Shown here: one piece after another, positions 37,373-51,264 of the stretch
Position numbering within the stretch: the first letter of the stretch is position 1
Layout: the number at the start of each line of letters is the position of its first letter
Assembly (NCBI RefSeq): GCF_036321535.1
Contig: NC_087436.1
Location: 28,894,001 to 28,958,000 of the forward strand
Length of the DNA: 64,000 nt
From: Camelus dromedarius
Lineage: Eukaryota
Reading direction: 5' to 3'
Position numbers and translations under genes: made by a program
Notes under the pieces: generated by a model
Seen by the model: only the letters and a program-made list of their open reading frames with translations
The model's database searches: none
Told to the model about the DNA's origin: nothing

Positions 37373-39699
37373 ACTTCCAACATCATTGTTAGGTAAAAGC
37401 TTCAGAAAGTCCTTGCAAAATTGTGTATTTTTAAGAGGCTGACACAGCTGACAGAGATTCTAACTCTGTTAACCACAAGTCACGAATGTATCTTCTCATA
37501 TATAAAAAATTTTGTCTACTTATTGATAGCAACTGAAATAAGAAGATACAGTAGCCTTGCTACGTGGAATGTGACTTTCATGATTAATAAGTTTGTTTTA
37601 TATAATATCCTTTTTCACTGTTTCTATCATTTTTCTCATATTTTAAAAGTATTTGACAACTTAAAAAACTGAGTAAAATATTTAAATGTATGCAGGCTCA
37701 TATATCAAAAATTCGAATGGTTCAACATATTTAAGATGCACGCACTTTCTGCATGCTTATTATATGTCAATAAAAGTTTTCTTCAAAAACTTTTCTTTCT
37801 TAGTAAAATGCAATATAAACTCAACATTAATAGAAATGGTAAAACCAGGATGGAAAGCTAGTCTAGCAGTAGGAGGTAGAGAGGATGATTTCTTTCATGT
37901 GACAAAAAAAAATTGAGTTTTATATATGTTAATTCTCAAGTGAAAAATGTCAGTGGCAGTGAAATTTGCATGCCATTACCTCAGCCTTCAAACAGTAAAA
38001 ATCCCTGGAGAATTATATAGTTAAGAACTGTGTTGCAGGTCTACATTCTGTTTAGCGATCTCAGAGGACCATTGCCTTTTCTTAAGTATATGCTTCTCAT
38101 TTTCAGGGTAAAGAGTCATGTAAAAAATGCCCATGTGAAAAAATAGAATTGGATATAGGTGTAACATGTGGTAGAAATACGAATATATTTAGCCCAGGCT
38201 CTGAGTCGTTTAAGCACATGCCCGAAAAAAAGTCTTCTATCATGAAAAAGTTGACTGTAAGTATATTGAATGGGACAGATTCATGTATTTACCCAATTGT
38301 GTTGAAGGAAAATATATTGCTAATGCAAAGTTTCATATATATATAAATGCCTATATTAAGAAATAATATATAACGTAGAATACATAACATGATATTTAAT
38401 GACCATCTATATTCTACTGTTTAGAAATATGATGATGTACACACAAACATGCAAGATGTATACTTCAGTAATTATATGTATACACATTCATATGAAAGAA
38501 ATCATGATGCATATCTTGAAATTCAAAAGTTTTATCACTTAAAACTTGTTAAAATTTAAGAGATTAACATTCTATTGTGCTTCTTAACATCATTTCGTTA
38601 AATGATTGTGATATAGTCAGCTCAAGAGAATGATTAAAGAAATAAACATGTATTTATTCATAAATTATATCATTAATTCTATGCCACAGGTGCTTTATAA
38701 TCAACTCTTTATAGTAGCATAGAAACTGTAAGTGTTTTTTGATAGCAATATAAATTCAAATGAGATTATAATCAGTAACATACTTGTTTAATTGTTCTAG
38801 TTTTTCTATGATATTCATTAGTCCAATCAGATTATTCGAATTTTTTTCCTAAACAATGTATCTGCCTAATCTTGAATTTTTTTAACCAGTTCAGCAAATA
38901 TTATAGTAGTTAGGTGTATGGTTTCACAGGGAAGCTAAACACAGTTTTACATTTGTATGCTATTTATGTATACATACACAAGTCATTTAATATTAAGTAA
39001 GTTATTTACAGCAATGCTGGAGTGAACATGCCTGTTAAGGAAAAAGTAAACTTATATAGTGAATCTATTGTAGCAAAGATGATTCTGTAGAGGATGTAGG
39101 AATGTGCTTTGCTGAGAAATTATTTTCCCAAGAAAGCACCCAGGGTTAGAATCAGATAAAGTTAGATTTTTATTCTTCAAGGACCATGTACTCACAATCT
39201 GACCTTGATCAAGTAGACCTTGTTCTCAGCATCCATTTTACCACTGACCACCCATGTGCCTTGGTATTTAAAAGCTCAGTTTCTTCAACATCAAGTAGCA
39301 ATTACATGCATAATTTTCAATATTGTAAAGATTACAGAATTGCAATAAAATGCTTAGCTCACCCCAGTGTACAGTGACTGTTGTTATTGCTGTCAAGTTT
39401 CTCAAAGGTACACGTGATGAATAGTATATAAATAGTACTTATTGATAAATGTTTTCAGGATTACCATCTCGTAGAGAGTGGCAGAAGGCAAAAAAACACA
39501 GTTCCACCCTCACATGTTCATGGAGTGGAGTTAATAGTCTGTTAACAAAAACACACAACAAAAGTGAAAAGGAGCCACTAATAATATACTTGGAACAAAT
39601 TTAAAATGTTATGCATGTAACGAATAAGGCATCCTAATGGATGTAGATTGAGCAGAGTGGGCAACACCCTTAGATCAGATCATCAGTACTTTTCCAAGG

Positions 39700-40560
39700 T
39701 GTTAATATTTAAATGGATGTAAAGGGATAGAACCACTATGTGAAAGCATGATGATTGTTGGCAAGGATATGGAGTAACCGACGCTTCTGCACTGTTGGAG
39801 GAATGTAAAATGGTGCAGTCACTATGGAAAACAGTATGACATTTCCTCAAAAAAATTAGAAATAGAATTACCATATGATCCAGTAATTCCACTTCTGGGT
39901 ACTCAAAAGAATATCCAAAAGAACTGAAAGTGGGGTGTGGAGGAGATGTTTGTACACCCATGTTCAATGGCAGCATTATTCAGACCAGCTAGAAAGTGGG
40001 ATCAACCCAAGTGCCCATGGACAGTGGATAAACAAAATATATATACATACAATGGAATGTTATTCAGCCTTAAAAAGAAGGAAAATTCTAACACATAGAG
40101 CAACATGGATGAGTCTTGAGGACATTAAGCTAAATACAATAAGCCAGTCACAATTAGACAAATACTATATATTTCCACTTATATGACACATCTAGTGTAG
40201 TCAAATTTATAGTAACAGAAATTAGAATGGTGGTCACCAGCGGCTGGGGGAGAGGCAGAAATGGGGGCTTGTTCTTTAACAGGTATTGTTTCAGTTCTGC
40301 AAGATGAAAAAGTTCTGGAGATCTTTTTCACAGCATTGTGAATACACTTAACCCTACTGAACCTCACACTTAAAAATGATTCAGAGTGGGGAGGGTATAG
40401 CTCAAGCAGTAGAGTGCATACTTAGCATGCACGAGGTCCTGGGTTCAATCCGCAGTGCCTCCTCTAAAAATAAATAAAAATAAATAAATCTAATTACCTC
40501 CCCCCAGAAAAAGAAAATGATTCAGGTGCTAAGTGTAATGTCATGTGTATTTTACCATAG
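39700..40560 (+). mobile_element. L1MA/L1MB 3' end (ORF2 C-terminus plus 3' UTR), interrupted by a SINE
   Basis: Contains gaatgtaaaatggtgcagtcactatggaaaacag, atagaattaccatatgatccag, caatggaatgttattcagccttaaaaagaagg and caagatgaaaaagttctggagat. Confidence 0.93.
40385..40513 (+). mobile_element. tRNA(Ala)-derived camelid SINE (Vic-1 type)
   Basis: ggggagggtatagctcaagcagtagag (A box) ... gtcctgggttcaatcc (B box), with A-rich tail taaataaatctaattacctcccc. Exact 12-bp TSD aaaatgattcag at 40373-40384 and 40514-40525. Confidence 0.92.
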
Positions 40561-43260
40561 TTTCTGTTTGTTTGTTTTTTAATCACGGTGATATGGCTTT
40601 AAAACAAAGGGAACAGCTTTAATGAATATCCAGAAGAGTGGGGTGGGAAGAAAACAAGGCAACTTAGTACTTTCTGGAGACTAAAAGGCCAAAGTTTAAG
40701 AAGCCTCCATTGTTAAAGATTATCCCAGGTCTTGCGGGCCATTATTAAGAGTTTTAATACCGCTCAGTGTAAAGTAAGAATGTATTGAAATGTTCCAGAA
40801 AGATCAACAACTTGGGAAGATGCCTCTTGTTTCTTACTGGGACTCTGACCAACTCAGAAACACGTGATAGATCTAAAAGGTGGTCTCTCTACTGAATAAC
40901 CCAGTATTAATTGTCAAGAAAATATGTTATGAGTTCAAGAAAGGAAAGATAGTCACCATTGGCTATGTTTATGGGACTTACAGGGCCTTTCTGTAGACCT
41001 AGGAAATAAAAATAATCACCATTCCTTGTCATCATCCTTCACCCCAGACCCAAGGCAGGCTCTGTTAGGATGCCTGGGAAACAAAAATATTCAGAAAGAT
41101 TCACTGAATTTGAGAGGAAGGAAGGGAAGGGAAGACAAAGGAATGGTTAGGATAAGAGGAGGAAAGGAGGGGGAGGGAGTGAGGTCACATAGCAACAAGG
41201 CAGGAGGCAGAATCTGAGAGGAAATTTGGTCAGGATAGTAAATAGATGTTTTAGGAAAAGTATGTTTAATTTTCATTTTTACGTTGTTTGCATTGCTGCT
41301 TGGTAAATGTTCTCCAGCTTCTTAATACCTCAGATAATCTGCACGTGTACAAATGCCTCATATAAGTATTTCAGAGAATAAAAATCAAGGATCATGTTGG
41401 GTTTCTTGTCTGGCTCAGTGAGGTAACTAAGAAAACATAACAGCCAGATGAGAAAGAAATGCTTGAGAAAGGGAGTTAGTAATGAAAAGCTGAAACTTCA
41501 GATCGCAGAGAATGAAATCCCTTAGGAAGCCACAAGACTTTCAGGAAAGCACTGGATTACCCACATGATCTGGGTGAGGGTAGCTGAGCCAGTCTACATT
41601 TCAGAGGGCAGTGCGACATCAGCTGGCATCTGAATTTAAAATAAATGAATAAAAAGCAGGACTTGAGTACTCCTTAAAGTTCTGTTCTTACATTCTCCTA
41701 TGGAACTCACGAGAGCAGAGTGTGTGTAGTTCACCAATGCTGACTCATGAAATGTGCTCAATAAATATGTGTCTGATAAAGAATGAGTACCAGTTCCAAA
41801 TTTATTACCAAATGATGCCACTTTCTCCATGGCCTTCTAAATTGGAAAACATCTCTTGACAAAATTTGCACCCACCCACAATCTCCTCCACTTCATATTA
41901 ACCCAGGAGAAGCTGCTTCTTACGATGAGATGATGCAACTTCAACTTCTCTCCACCTAGAAAGTTGTTAAGGTGTCTTATCCTTCTGCTTCATCCGGATT
42001 CCTCCTCTCCTTCATCCAGAGTTTTGTTTCATGAATAATCTGTTCTCCTAAATCATCTTCTACTTTCTCCTTGTTATTTTGCTTTCCCCCTGCCTTCTGT
42101 AAGAGTAAGAGTAACCCCCTGGCGATGGGCAAAGAGACACCTGATTGGCGGTGCTGCTCTTCTGTCAGTCAGGGGCAAAGTGGGTGTCTAGCCCTTTTTC
42201 CATCTTAGCTTGATGCTTGGGTTGGTGGCCAGAGTTGTTTCATGCCTGGGGGTCCGGGAAAAAAAAAAGAGAATAAGTGTGATATCTTACAAGCGTCAAA
42301 TAAATTAGAAACAAAATATCTCTGGAATTTGTTCATTTTTTCAGCTATCTCCTTATTCTGACCCTGTATTATCTATCAAATATCTTGACAAAAAATACTA
42401 TTTCAAAATTAGCCTCTAAATATTTTGTAAACGTGCATATGTTTTATGTATTATTAATTCAATAGTAAGTATTAAAAAAAACTCAATATACAGTATTTTA
42501 ATAAAGGGCTTCTATCGACCTAAAATGTTCAACAATATTCCAGATGTTTTAGTAAGAGGTAATTGATGTACTTTGACAATTTGACTAAATACATCTCCCG
42601 AAGTAGAGTTTTTGTGAGAATCTATTCTGTAACTATATAACCACGCTGGTCCTTATTCCAGTCCAACTGGCACATCTTTAACTAAAGACACTATTTCTTG
42701 ACATTTACAACACCTGTGTGCTTAGGCAAGTTTGTGCTTATATTTTCTTACCTAAATCACAGAAATTATATCTACTCTACAAGGTTTTAAATGAAATTGT
42801 ATATGCAAATCATTATGCATAGAATTGATATTCAATACATATTTTTGTTAATTCACTGATTCTGTTTCTCAATTTAAGCCTCTGAGTATAGCCTTTGCCT
42901 TTCACAAATGCTTAAGAAACTTTAAAAAAAAAATAACCTGTTTTAAATTTCAAGTTAGGCAAGGGAGTCTGAAGCCTATAGTTAAATAATAATTTTCAGA
43001 ACATGAAAATTTGGAGGATACAAGAATATTTTCATATATCTCACTTCTAAAGTGCAGTAGAGAAGCCCTGCTATATTATTTAGGTGGAAGGGAACAGATT
43101 TACTTAAGCAGTTTAAGACACTCTGTAAGAGGGTTTTATTTTAAGGATGTCAATGATTTAGAGTTTGAACACAACAGGACACTGAGACAGAAATCACTGC
43201 ATGCCAGAGCCTCAGCTAGAGTAAGGCAGCTCGGGGTCTCAGCTGCAGTACTTTGTAACT

Positions 43261-43291
43261 TCTCCCCCTAGTGGCTGCCGTGACAATTGCA
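43261..43291 (-). promoter_or_regulatory. Candidate CTCF binding site with upstream module
   Basis: Minus strand reads TGCAATTGTCACGGCAGCCACTAGGGGGAGA. The core matches CCAC(C/T)AGGGGGCGC at 12 of 14 positions, and TGCAAT lies 17 nt before the CCAC. Confidence 0.65.
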
Positions 43292-44489
43292 TGATTGGTG
43301 CAGCCCAGACGACAGTTTAGATTAGAGGGTATAGTTACACATGCTTATTTTCCTGGGGCTGAGACTGCTCAGAACTCATATTGCCTTAGAAGCAGAGTAT
43401 AAATGCACTTGGATTTAAACAACTGTTAATATCAATGCAGAACATTAGGGAAGAAAGAATTACTTTAATTGTCTCATACATTTCATAAAAGAAATGAGAG
43501 GCTTAGGAATAAGAGGGTATTTGTTAGTTATAACTTCATCATTCAGTTCTATCAGTTTATCTGCAATATTTTAAAAAGTGTCTTTCTAAACTATCTAACC
43601 TCAAGAGAGACTGGATAAATAGTAATACATGGTTAAAATGTATATTAGGTAAAAATGTGGTATGATCCTTAGTTTACTAATTAAAAATTCAAATTTGAAA
43701 ATTTTTCAGTTATTTTGTTTTCATCAAGTATATATTTTGCTCCACATGTAAGAATATATTTCCAGGGAAATGTATATATAAAATATCAGGAAATGTCTCA
43801 CTGTAAATTTTAAAATTATGTGCTATATCAATCCTAAGAAGATTAAAAATATTAATCATACACAAAATTGGGTAAACCATATCTGTTCTCCATTTAAATA
43901 ATTCTAAGATACCCACATCTAACCTACAGTGAACACTTAAAATGTGTCAAAAAAGTATGAAGTTGAAAATAATTTGTAATGACTACAGTGATTCTGCATT
44001 CAAATACATTTTAAAGTACAGATTTCATATAGACAAATATGGATTCATGAAATATTTATTTTCTGTAAAAGTAATTCTGTTTGCTAATTTTAACAAATAC
44101 ATTTTCTCTGTAAAAAAAAAAAAAAGTAAATTCAGAAAAATAGTAAGGTGGTTAGACCGAATACTTAGAGAATCATTAATATTTAGTATATATTTTTCTA
44201 CAAATAAATACTACTTGCACACACATACATACATGTATATAATTATATATGATTTTAAAAGAGGACATATCATATATAACTTTTGTAATCACTTACTGTC
44301 TGATAAGTACTTTCTGTATTTTTAAATATTATTCTAAATTGTGGTTTATAATGGCTGCATATGATCTTATCATATATATGGATATTATATATAACTAATC
44401 TTTTCTGCTAGACATTTGAGTTTGTTTCAATCCTTCATAAAATTATGCAATAAAATTTCTTATTAAAAATCTATACCTGGTGCCAGAAA

Positions 44490-45510
44490 CATGGTCCTCT
44501 AAAAATGATATATTGGACTTCAGCAGAAGTAAAATCTTTTGTTCTGGGAAAGACACTGCTAATAAATAAAAGGGACAAGCTAAATACTGGGAGAAAAAAA
44601 TTGCAAATCACATATCTGAGTAGCTAGAATATACAAAGCTCTCTAAAAAGCAACAATAAGAAAACAAATAAACCAAGCAAACAATGCATAAAAGATAGGA
44701 ACAGACACATTACCAAGAGGAGATCAGGATGTCAAGTGAGACCATGAAAATATGTTCAACATCATTAGCCACCAGGCAAATGAAAATTAAAAACACAATG
44801 AACTCCCCCTACACACCTATTAGATCCTCTGAGTACAAAGCATTCTGACAATACCAACGATGTAAGCAGCTGGATCTCTTATACACTGCTGGTTGGAATA
44901 CAAAAAGGGACAGCTACTCTGGAAAATTGTTCAGCAGTTTCTTAAAAATTACACCTGCACTTACTTTATGACTCAAGAATCTCAGAATACCTGCTCTACA
45001 GATGTGAGAACTTGCATACACACAAAACGCAAACAAAAATGTTTATAGCAGCTTTGCTCCTAATTGTGCAAAACTGGAAATGCTGCAAATGGCCTTCAAC
45101 AGGTGAGTCGATTAACAAACTGAGGTATATCCAAACAGTTTGATAATACTCAGCAAGTGAAAAAGAACAAACTTTTGATACCCACAATAACTTGGGCAAA
45201 TTCCACAGGCATTATGCTGAATGAAAGAAGCATGTCTCAAAAGATTACTTACTCAGTGCTTCAGTTATATGACATTCTGGAAAAGACAGAATTATGGTGA
45301 TGGAGAACACAGTAGTGGCCAGAGGTTCAGGGAGGAGGGGGGAGTGAATATACAGGACAGCATAAGGCAGTTTCGCGGGTGATGGAATTGTTCTGTGTCC
45401 TGTTTATGTTGGTGGTTACAGGTGTGACGCCCGTGCTGACATTCACAGAACTTCACTCCATAAGGAAAGAAGTCAGTTCTGTTCTTTGAATATTAAAACT
45501 TTTATTTTTA
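44490..45510 (+). mobile_element. L1MC/L1MD-type 3' end (ORF2 C-terminus plus 3' UTR)
   Basis: Contains actgggagaaaaaaattgcaaatcacatatctga, aatgtttatagcagctttgctcctaattgtgcaaaactggaaa, ggcattatgctgaatgaaagaagc and gggtgatggaattgttctgt. Confidence 0.9.
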
Positions 45511-48500
45511 AGTCACAACATATTTACTGCTACTTTAAAACAGTATTACATCGGGTTAAAAATATATGTGCATCTTTTATTATTACCTATTGCCTTTGGA
45601 TAATTAAAGTAGAGGCAGTGAATCAAAAGACAGTATCATTTTTTTAATAAAAACATATATTGGGACATTTGCACTTAATCTAAAATACAAGGGTTGTCCA
45701 TTTCCTACACTTTCATCGACACTAAATCTTAGATTCTTTTATTTTTGCCATATTTTAGGCAGAGTTAAGCTATATTTATTATTGTTTAGATTTATATTTA
45801 TTTGCTTACTACCGGGTGTGATATTTGATTTTATATTCTAATCCGTTTGCATTATTCACACTACTTCCTTTCCTTCTGTGATATTTTATTAAGGAAATTT
45901 CCACCCTAGAAGAATTTGATATAAACAATCCGCTTGGCATTGCTTTTCCTCCAGTGGTCAGGAAATTTTCATTTGTTTTGAATCATTCCCTAAATGGAGA
46001 CGCACAATTAGGCTACTTTGAAGACACAACTTCCTGCATGCGATGAGTCGTTTATGTCTCTCTCATCTGCTTAGCCTTGAATAACAACAGTGCTGTGAGC
46101 TGTCAGTGACTAGGGCGCAAGCTGTGAAATTACACCGTGTAGAAAATTTGATTGTACTGCAAAGACTTTGCACAAGACAAAAGCATAGATCTCTCTTCAC
46201 ACAATTCCAGGCTCGTGCTAATGACTCACACTGTTGCAGGGCAGCCGCCAAGAAAGGGTGTAAGAGGCCTAATGAACAGAAGAGCCCCAGTGCCTGACCA
46301 CCTTCTGCTCCGGAGCCTTTTAGCACCTGGATCACAGAGCGGCCTGTAAAATCAGGCTTCTGATGAAACCGGTTCACTCTCACCCTCTGGGGCTTAACAC
46401 AAAGGCTTTTATTCCATAACATGACAAGTGATTAGAAATTTTCATCCAGTTCATTAAAGTAGGCTACATAGTTCTGTTTAGGAAAAGGACTGAAAATTCG
46501 AATGGCATTTTGCAAAGTCTGGATTACCCTCTAAACATTACCTGTAATTTTCGATGTATTTTAATAGCATACTTATTGAATATGTGCTTTTGTACATGTG
46601 TCTGCCCTGAGCGTAAAAGACTTGAAACATTCGAATTGAAGACACACATCCTTCTGAAGTCCCTTTGTTTTTATCCTTGATGTGATCACAGGTCTGCTAT
46701 ATCACTGTATGCCTGCATCACTTTAATATATAAGATGCAAATAGTATAATGATATAACATCCTGCAAACTTTTGCAAATAGACATGCTAAAATTATTGGA
46801 TTTCTTGCAGGGTCTTTGAGAAAAGGAAAGGAACTAATTCAGTGTTTGTGTGTCAATTTAAAATTAAAAAAAAAATTATTTCCAAGGGAGCACTACTGTG
46901 AAAGTGGGGTAATTTATACATGTGAGCAAAAGTTCAATGTATTTTCCATTGACCATTTGCAATATCTGACATCTTTGTTTGCCAAGGCAACAAGTATATA
47001 GTTGTCATGTAAATGATAAAACAGTAGAAATAAAAGTTACACATCCGTATAAAACTAGTCTCCTGACTAGTATTTCTTTTAAGAAAAACAGAAATTTATG
47101 GACAATTAAGAAGACTAATTTACAAGTATGCCCATTATCACTTAGTTATGACCTCCTTAAAATAATTCTGGAAGATCAATAATTTTTTTCCCAAATCACA
47201 TGGATAAACTAATAACCAAAAGCTTCCTAAATGGTTTAAATTTAGTAAGTTATCCACCGAAATAATTATATTATAAGAAAGACGATGTTTGCCTGCCTTT
47301 GCCTTGTCCCTCATTTCCACCCTCTTGTCAGTCATCGTCTCTCTCCACTTCTCGTATGTCTCTGAGCTGAACCCCACCTCATACTGCTTTCTCTAGGACC
47401 AGCACAGTCCAAACACCTCTTCAGTCTGGAGTGCCATGCTAATGCCCCATTGGACATTCTCAGCCTGACAGTTTATCCACTCATTAGGCTAACAGTGGAT
47501 TCCAGGTCAAATTCATGCAACATGCAATATTTTAAATTTACTTTCCTAAAGATAGTAATCCTATCTCTGTGGCTGTGAAAGTTGATACCCCTTCTACACC
47601 AGATCTGTGTAAGGCAGGTACCACGCCACAGGTGGGACACGAGTTTTCACCATGAATAGTCCTTCATAGTACATCTAGCCCTACAATAACACTTAAGTTA
47701 TTACCTCAACTTAGTAAATTTATCAACGATAACTTGAATCGTGGTATTAGTGAATTCTGAGGATTCAAAAGTTCCATAAAGAAAATTATTAAATCCAGCC
47801 TTTTTGTTAAAATACAAAATGTGGAAAAGAAAAACGTTAATAAGTTATATAAATGTTAAAATGGATAAGCTCATTAAAAACCCATTACTTCTATTGCAAT
47901 ATCAGTAAAAGCTTAGTAAGTTGTGATTAGGGGCCAATTTTCCAGCTGAAGCTTCTTGTGCTTGCAAAATGTAAACAGGAAGAAAAGGCAGTTTGACATC
48001 AAAATTGTGGCACAGCCAGATTTCATTCCACTTACAAAAAATATATAATAAGCTAGGTCTCAGCAAATGTCATTTTTCATTAGTTTTTAATATTTTACGT
48101 TGTAATATAGGTGGAAGATTTTATGCATACAAGGTATATATGTGGAAGCACATAGATGCGGCCACATAACTCATATAACAAATGCTTACCTTAGCTGCTT
48201 TAATTCCGATCTTCATGTGGTGGAATGACTATACTATGGAGCCTTTCTTCCATTGACTTTTCAACCGTTGCTACCTTATGAAATGTCAGGAGGGTTTATT
48301 AAACTGCTTGCTGAACAGACATTCTTCAACAAGCATTGCCTAGAACAACCATCGCAAAAAAAAAAAAACATGGAAACAACAACAAATATAAAGGTCTGAT
48401 TTCTCATAACTGCACAGCATGCTCAGCTGTTGCCATTTTTCAGACAATTAAAACTGAACCAAATTTATGGAGCCTGATTCATGGAGTTCTTAAAACAATT

Positions 48501-49619
48501 CTGTCTCCATAGCATTTGATTATTTTCTAGTCACAATGTAGTAGCTCACAAGGACCATTTTTATCACCCAACTAGGACAGCATCACCCACCATCCTGTAT
48601 TTAAGAAGACAGCTCTCTGGTGATAACAGAATGACGGTGTTCTATGATTGCTGTTAGCTCTCTTGACTTGACACTTACAGTTTAGTAAAATCCATAGGTT
48701 ACACTGAGTAGATTTCAAGTGTGCCAAATATGACATTCATGGCAAAGCTTTAACACCTTAAATATCCTCATTTTCCCTAATATGTGAAACCCATCCCATC
48801 TGTCACTTTCCAAAGAACATACACATTTTGGATAATTAATTTTTGTAACCCCAAATAAAATGCCACAGTATTTTAAAGCTGCTCCTATCATCAGCGTTAC
48901 CAAGACAAGAGATAATGGAAAGGATGCAATAACTCAGTACATCTCTGTTCCTTACTGTTTTGAGATGCTTGCAGACACATTTTCAGTGTTCTTGGCGTAA
49001 ATTCAGACTGCCATTTGGCAAAGAGCACATAAGCCTTCCTGAGCATCAGCTCTACGGAAGATGTCACAGACCAAGGAAGAGAGAAACACTAAACACTTCA
49101 AAGACATTAACAGCCATTAACAAAAAAAGAAAAGAAAGAAACAAAAACACTCCTGAGCAATTCTGTATGTTTTCAACGTTTGAAAACATTCGAAGGTTAA
49201 TCAAAATTTAGTTTGGAAGAGCAGAGGACACTATAGGTATTTCACTGTTGTAATATTATTTATCCAGGCTTCTATGGATAAACATGCTACTTAAGACCAC
49301 ATAAAACAAAATGCGTGATTAGGGGTATGTGATTCTGAGGACCTGGCCTAACATGATATGCACTGAAAATGAGCCTCAGGAGGAAAGCTTGATGCCCAGC
49401 TTTCACTCTGATGCTGAAAATAGCTTGTGATGTTCTAAAGAAACAAGAATTTAAAGCTGATTCTGGCCATGTTATTTATTTGTTTATGAAACATGTTACC
49501 AGTCAATATAATAGGCATAATTGCATAAAATGTTTTGTACTGATACGCAAATCTTGAGACGTTTTATAATTGATGTTGGATAATAGAGGTTCACTAATTC
49601 ACATTGCAATAGAGTTTTC

Positions 49620-51250
49620 TGGGATCCAGTAGAAAAATGGGGTCCTTAATAAAATGAACAAATGTAACACTGCATTAAAAAAGTCAACTATAGTCTAGTA
49701 ATTAGACACACAGCTAAAATAAAACAACTTAGAAAGATTAAAAATATTAAATGGAAAGCAATATACAGAGCATATATTTACAAATAGAAATCTGATTATA
49801 GTTATTTTAAAGAGGCAAAGCACCATTCAAAGAGTTCTATACAGAACAAAGGGAGATATTTATGTTAATAAAACGTTCAATCAACCAAGATGATGTAATA
49901 ATCTATTAAGCATATTACAACAAAGTATTGAAATATGTTAAAATTGTTAGAAGTAAAATAATATTTTTATTTTTTTAATTTCAAATTGAAAAATGATAAA
50001 TATTGAAAATCTACGATTTTAGTGTGAGAAATTAATAGCCTTTGAAAGAACAGGTCATGTAGATAGAACATAAGTAAGGATACAGAAGGTATGGATTACA
50101 CCATTAGGATTCCTTTTGTCTTTATATATACAAAATAAAAATTATAACTTTGTACGTATATGGAATATGTAACATTTAAATACCCACAGAAAATTCACAA
50201 AATTAGACAAAATAAAATATTTCTATATTCCAAAAGACAGAAATCATTCCAGCTACATTTTTATTACAATGCAATAATATTTTGAATTTATCGAAAGAAC
50301 TGACAAAAATGAATCCATAACCAGGAAATCGTTTGAAATGCTTGTCCAAAAGAAACTCTTAAATTAAAAGGAGATCAACACTGATGGCTACCACTAAATA
50401 TTTTCTCAGAGTGTGTGGGAAGCCACATGGTCTAACACTCCTGCTCCACATCGGGCCAGGTGTGAGCTTGAATCCCAAGTCTGTTCTTCCTAAAAGGGTG
50501 ACCTTGTTTAGTTTACTTCACCTTATGTAAGAATTGAAAGTGCTTAGCGTAATGTTTGTACAAAGACACCCAGGAAATATATAATTTATTAACACATTTA
50601 CCAGAGGAAAACATGGACCCTTAAGCACATTCGTTAAAAATAAGAAAGACAGGAAATAAATATTCAACTCAGTACATTTATAGACAAAAATTCATTAGAA
50701 ACACAGAAGAATGGCATTAATGAAGATAGAAGGGAAATTAATGAAAATCATGACTAAATGACCATTGATTTGATCAATAACATACAAATCTCTTTCTATG
50801 GAAAGATCAATCAAATAAACTACTAAGAAACTCAAAAATCTAAAAACAGTATTCATTAACAAAATATTATAGGTGAATACACAAAAATGCTTTAGCTTTC
50901 CCATATGTAAATATAATACACAACAGATAATATAATGGGGAATAAAAGAACACATTCACAAGAGCAATGATAACTATAAAAAAATTCAGGATTAACCTTA
51001 ACAAGTAACTTGCAAAACCACATACAAGAATATAAAACTTTATAAAGAATACGTACCAAGAATTGACTGTAGAGAGAGATGATACTAAACTTCAGAATGT
51101 GAATTTTAAATATTTTAAGTATGTTAGTTATAGACTAAATTTATTTATTTATTTATCAACTCAAAGCAAACTCAACAGAGTTTTTAGTAGGAAGAGATAA
51201 AATGAGGTAATACATCATAAAAAAACAAATAACAACATCTCTCCAAATTT
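49620..51250 (+). mobile_element. Old L1 ORF2 remnants with a MIR fragment at about 50410-50590
   Basis: EN-domain-like motifs (aacaaagggagatatttatgttaataaaacgttcaatcaaccaagatgatgtaataatc). MIR motif ttgaatcccaagtctg...gtgaccttg. Confidence 0.65.
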
Positions 51251-51264
51251 AAATACAAGCTATA

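Noticed and set aside
40388..40462. tRNA-Ala-like gene
   Set aside because: It has an A-rich tail and a 12-bp TSD and is the head of a SINE, not a tRNA gene.
43942..44325. Longest ORF in the track (127 aa)
   Set aside because: F/I/K/Y-rich composition typical of AT-rich non-coding DNA, runs through an A-tract and into L1 sequence, and has no recognisable domain.
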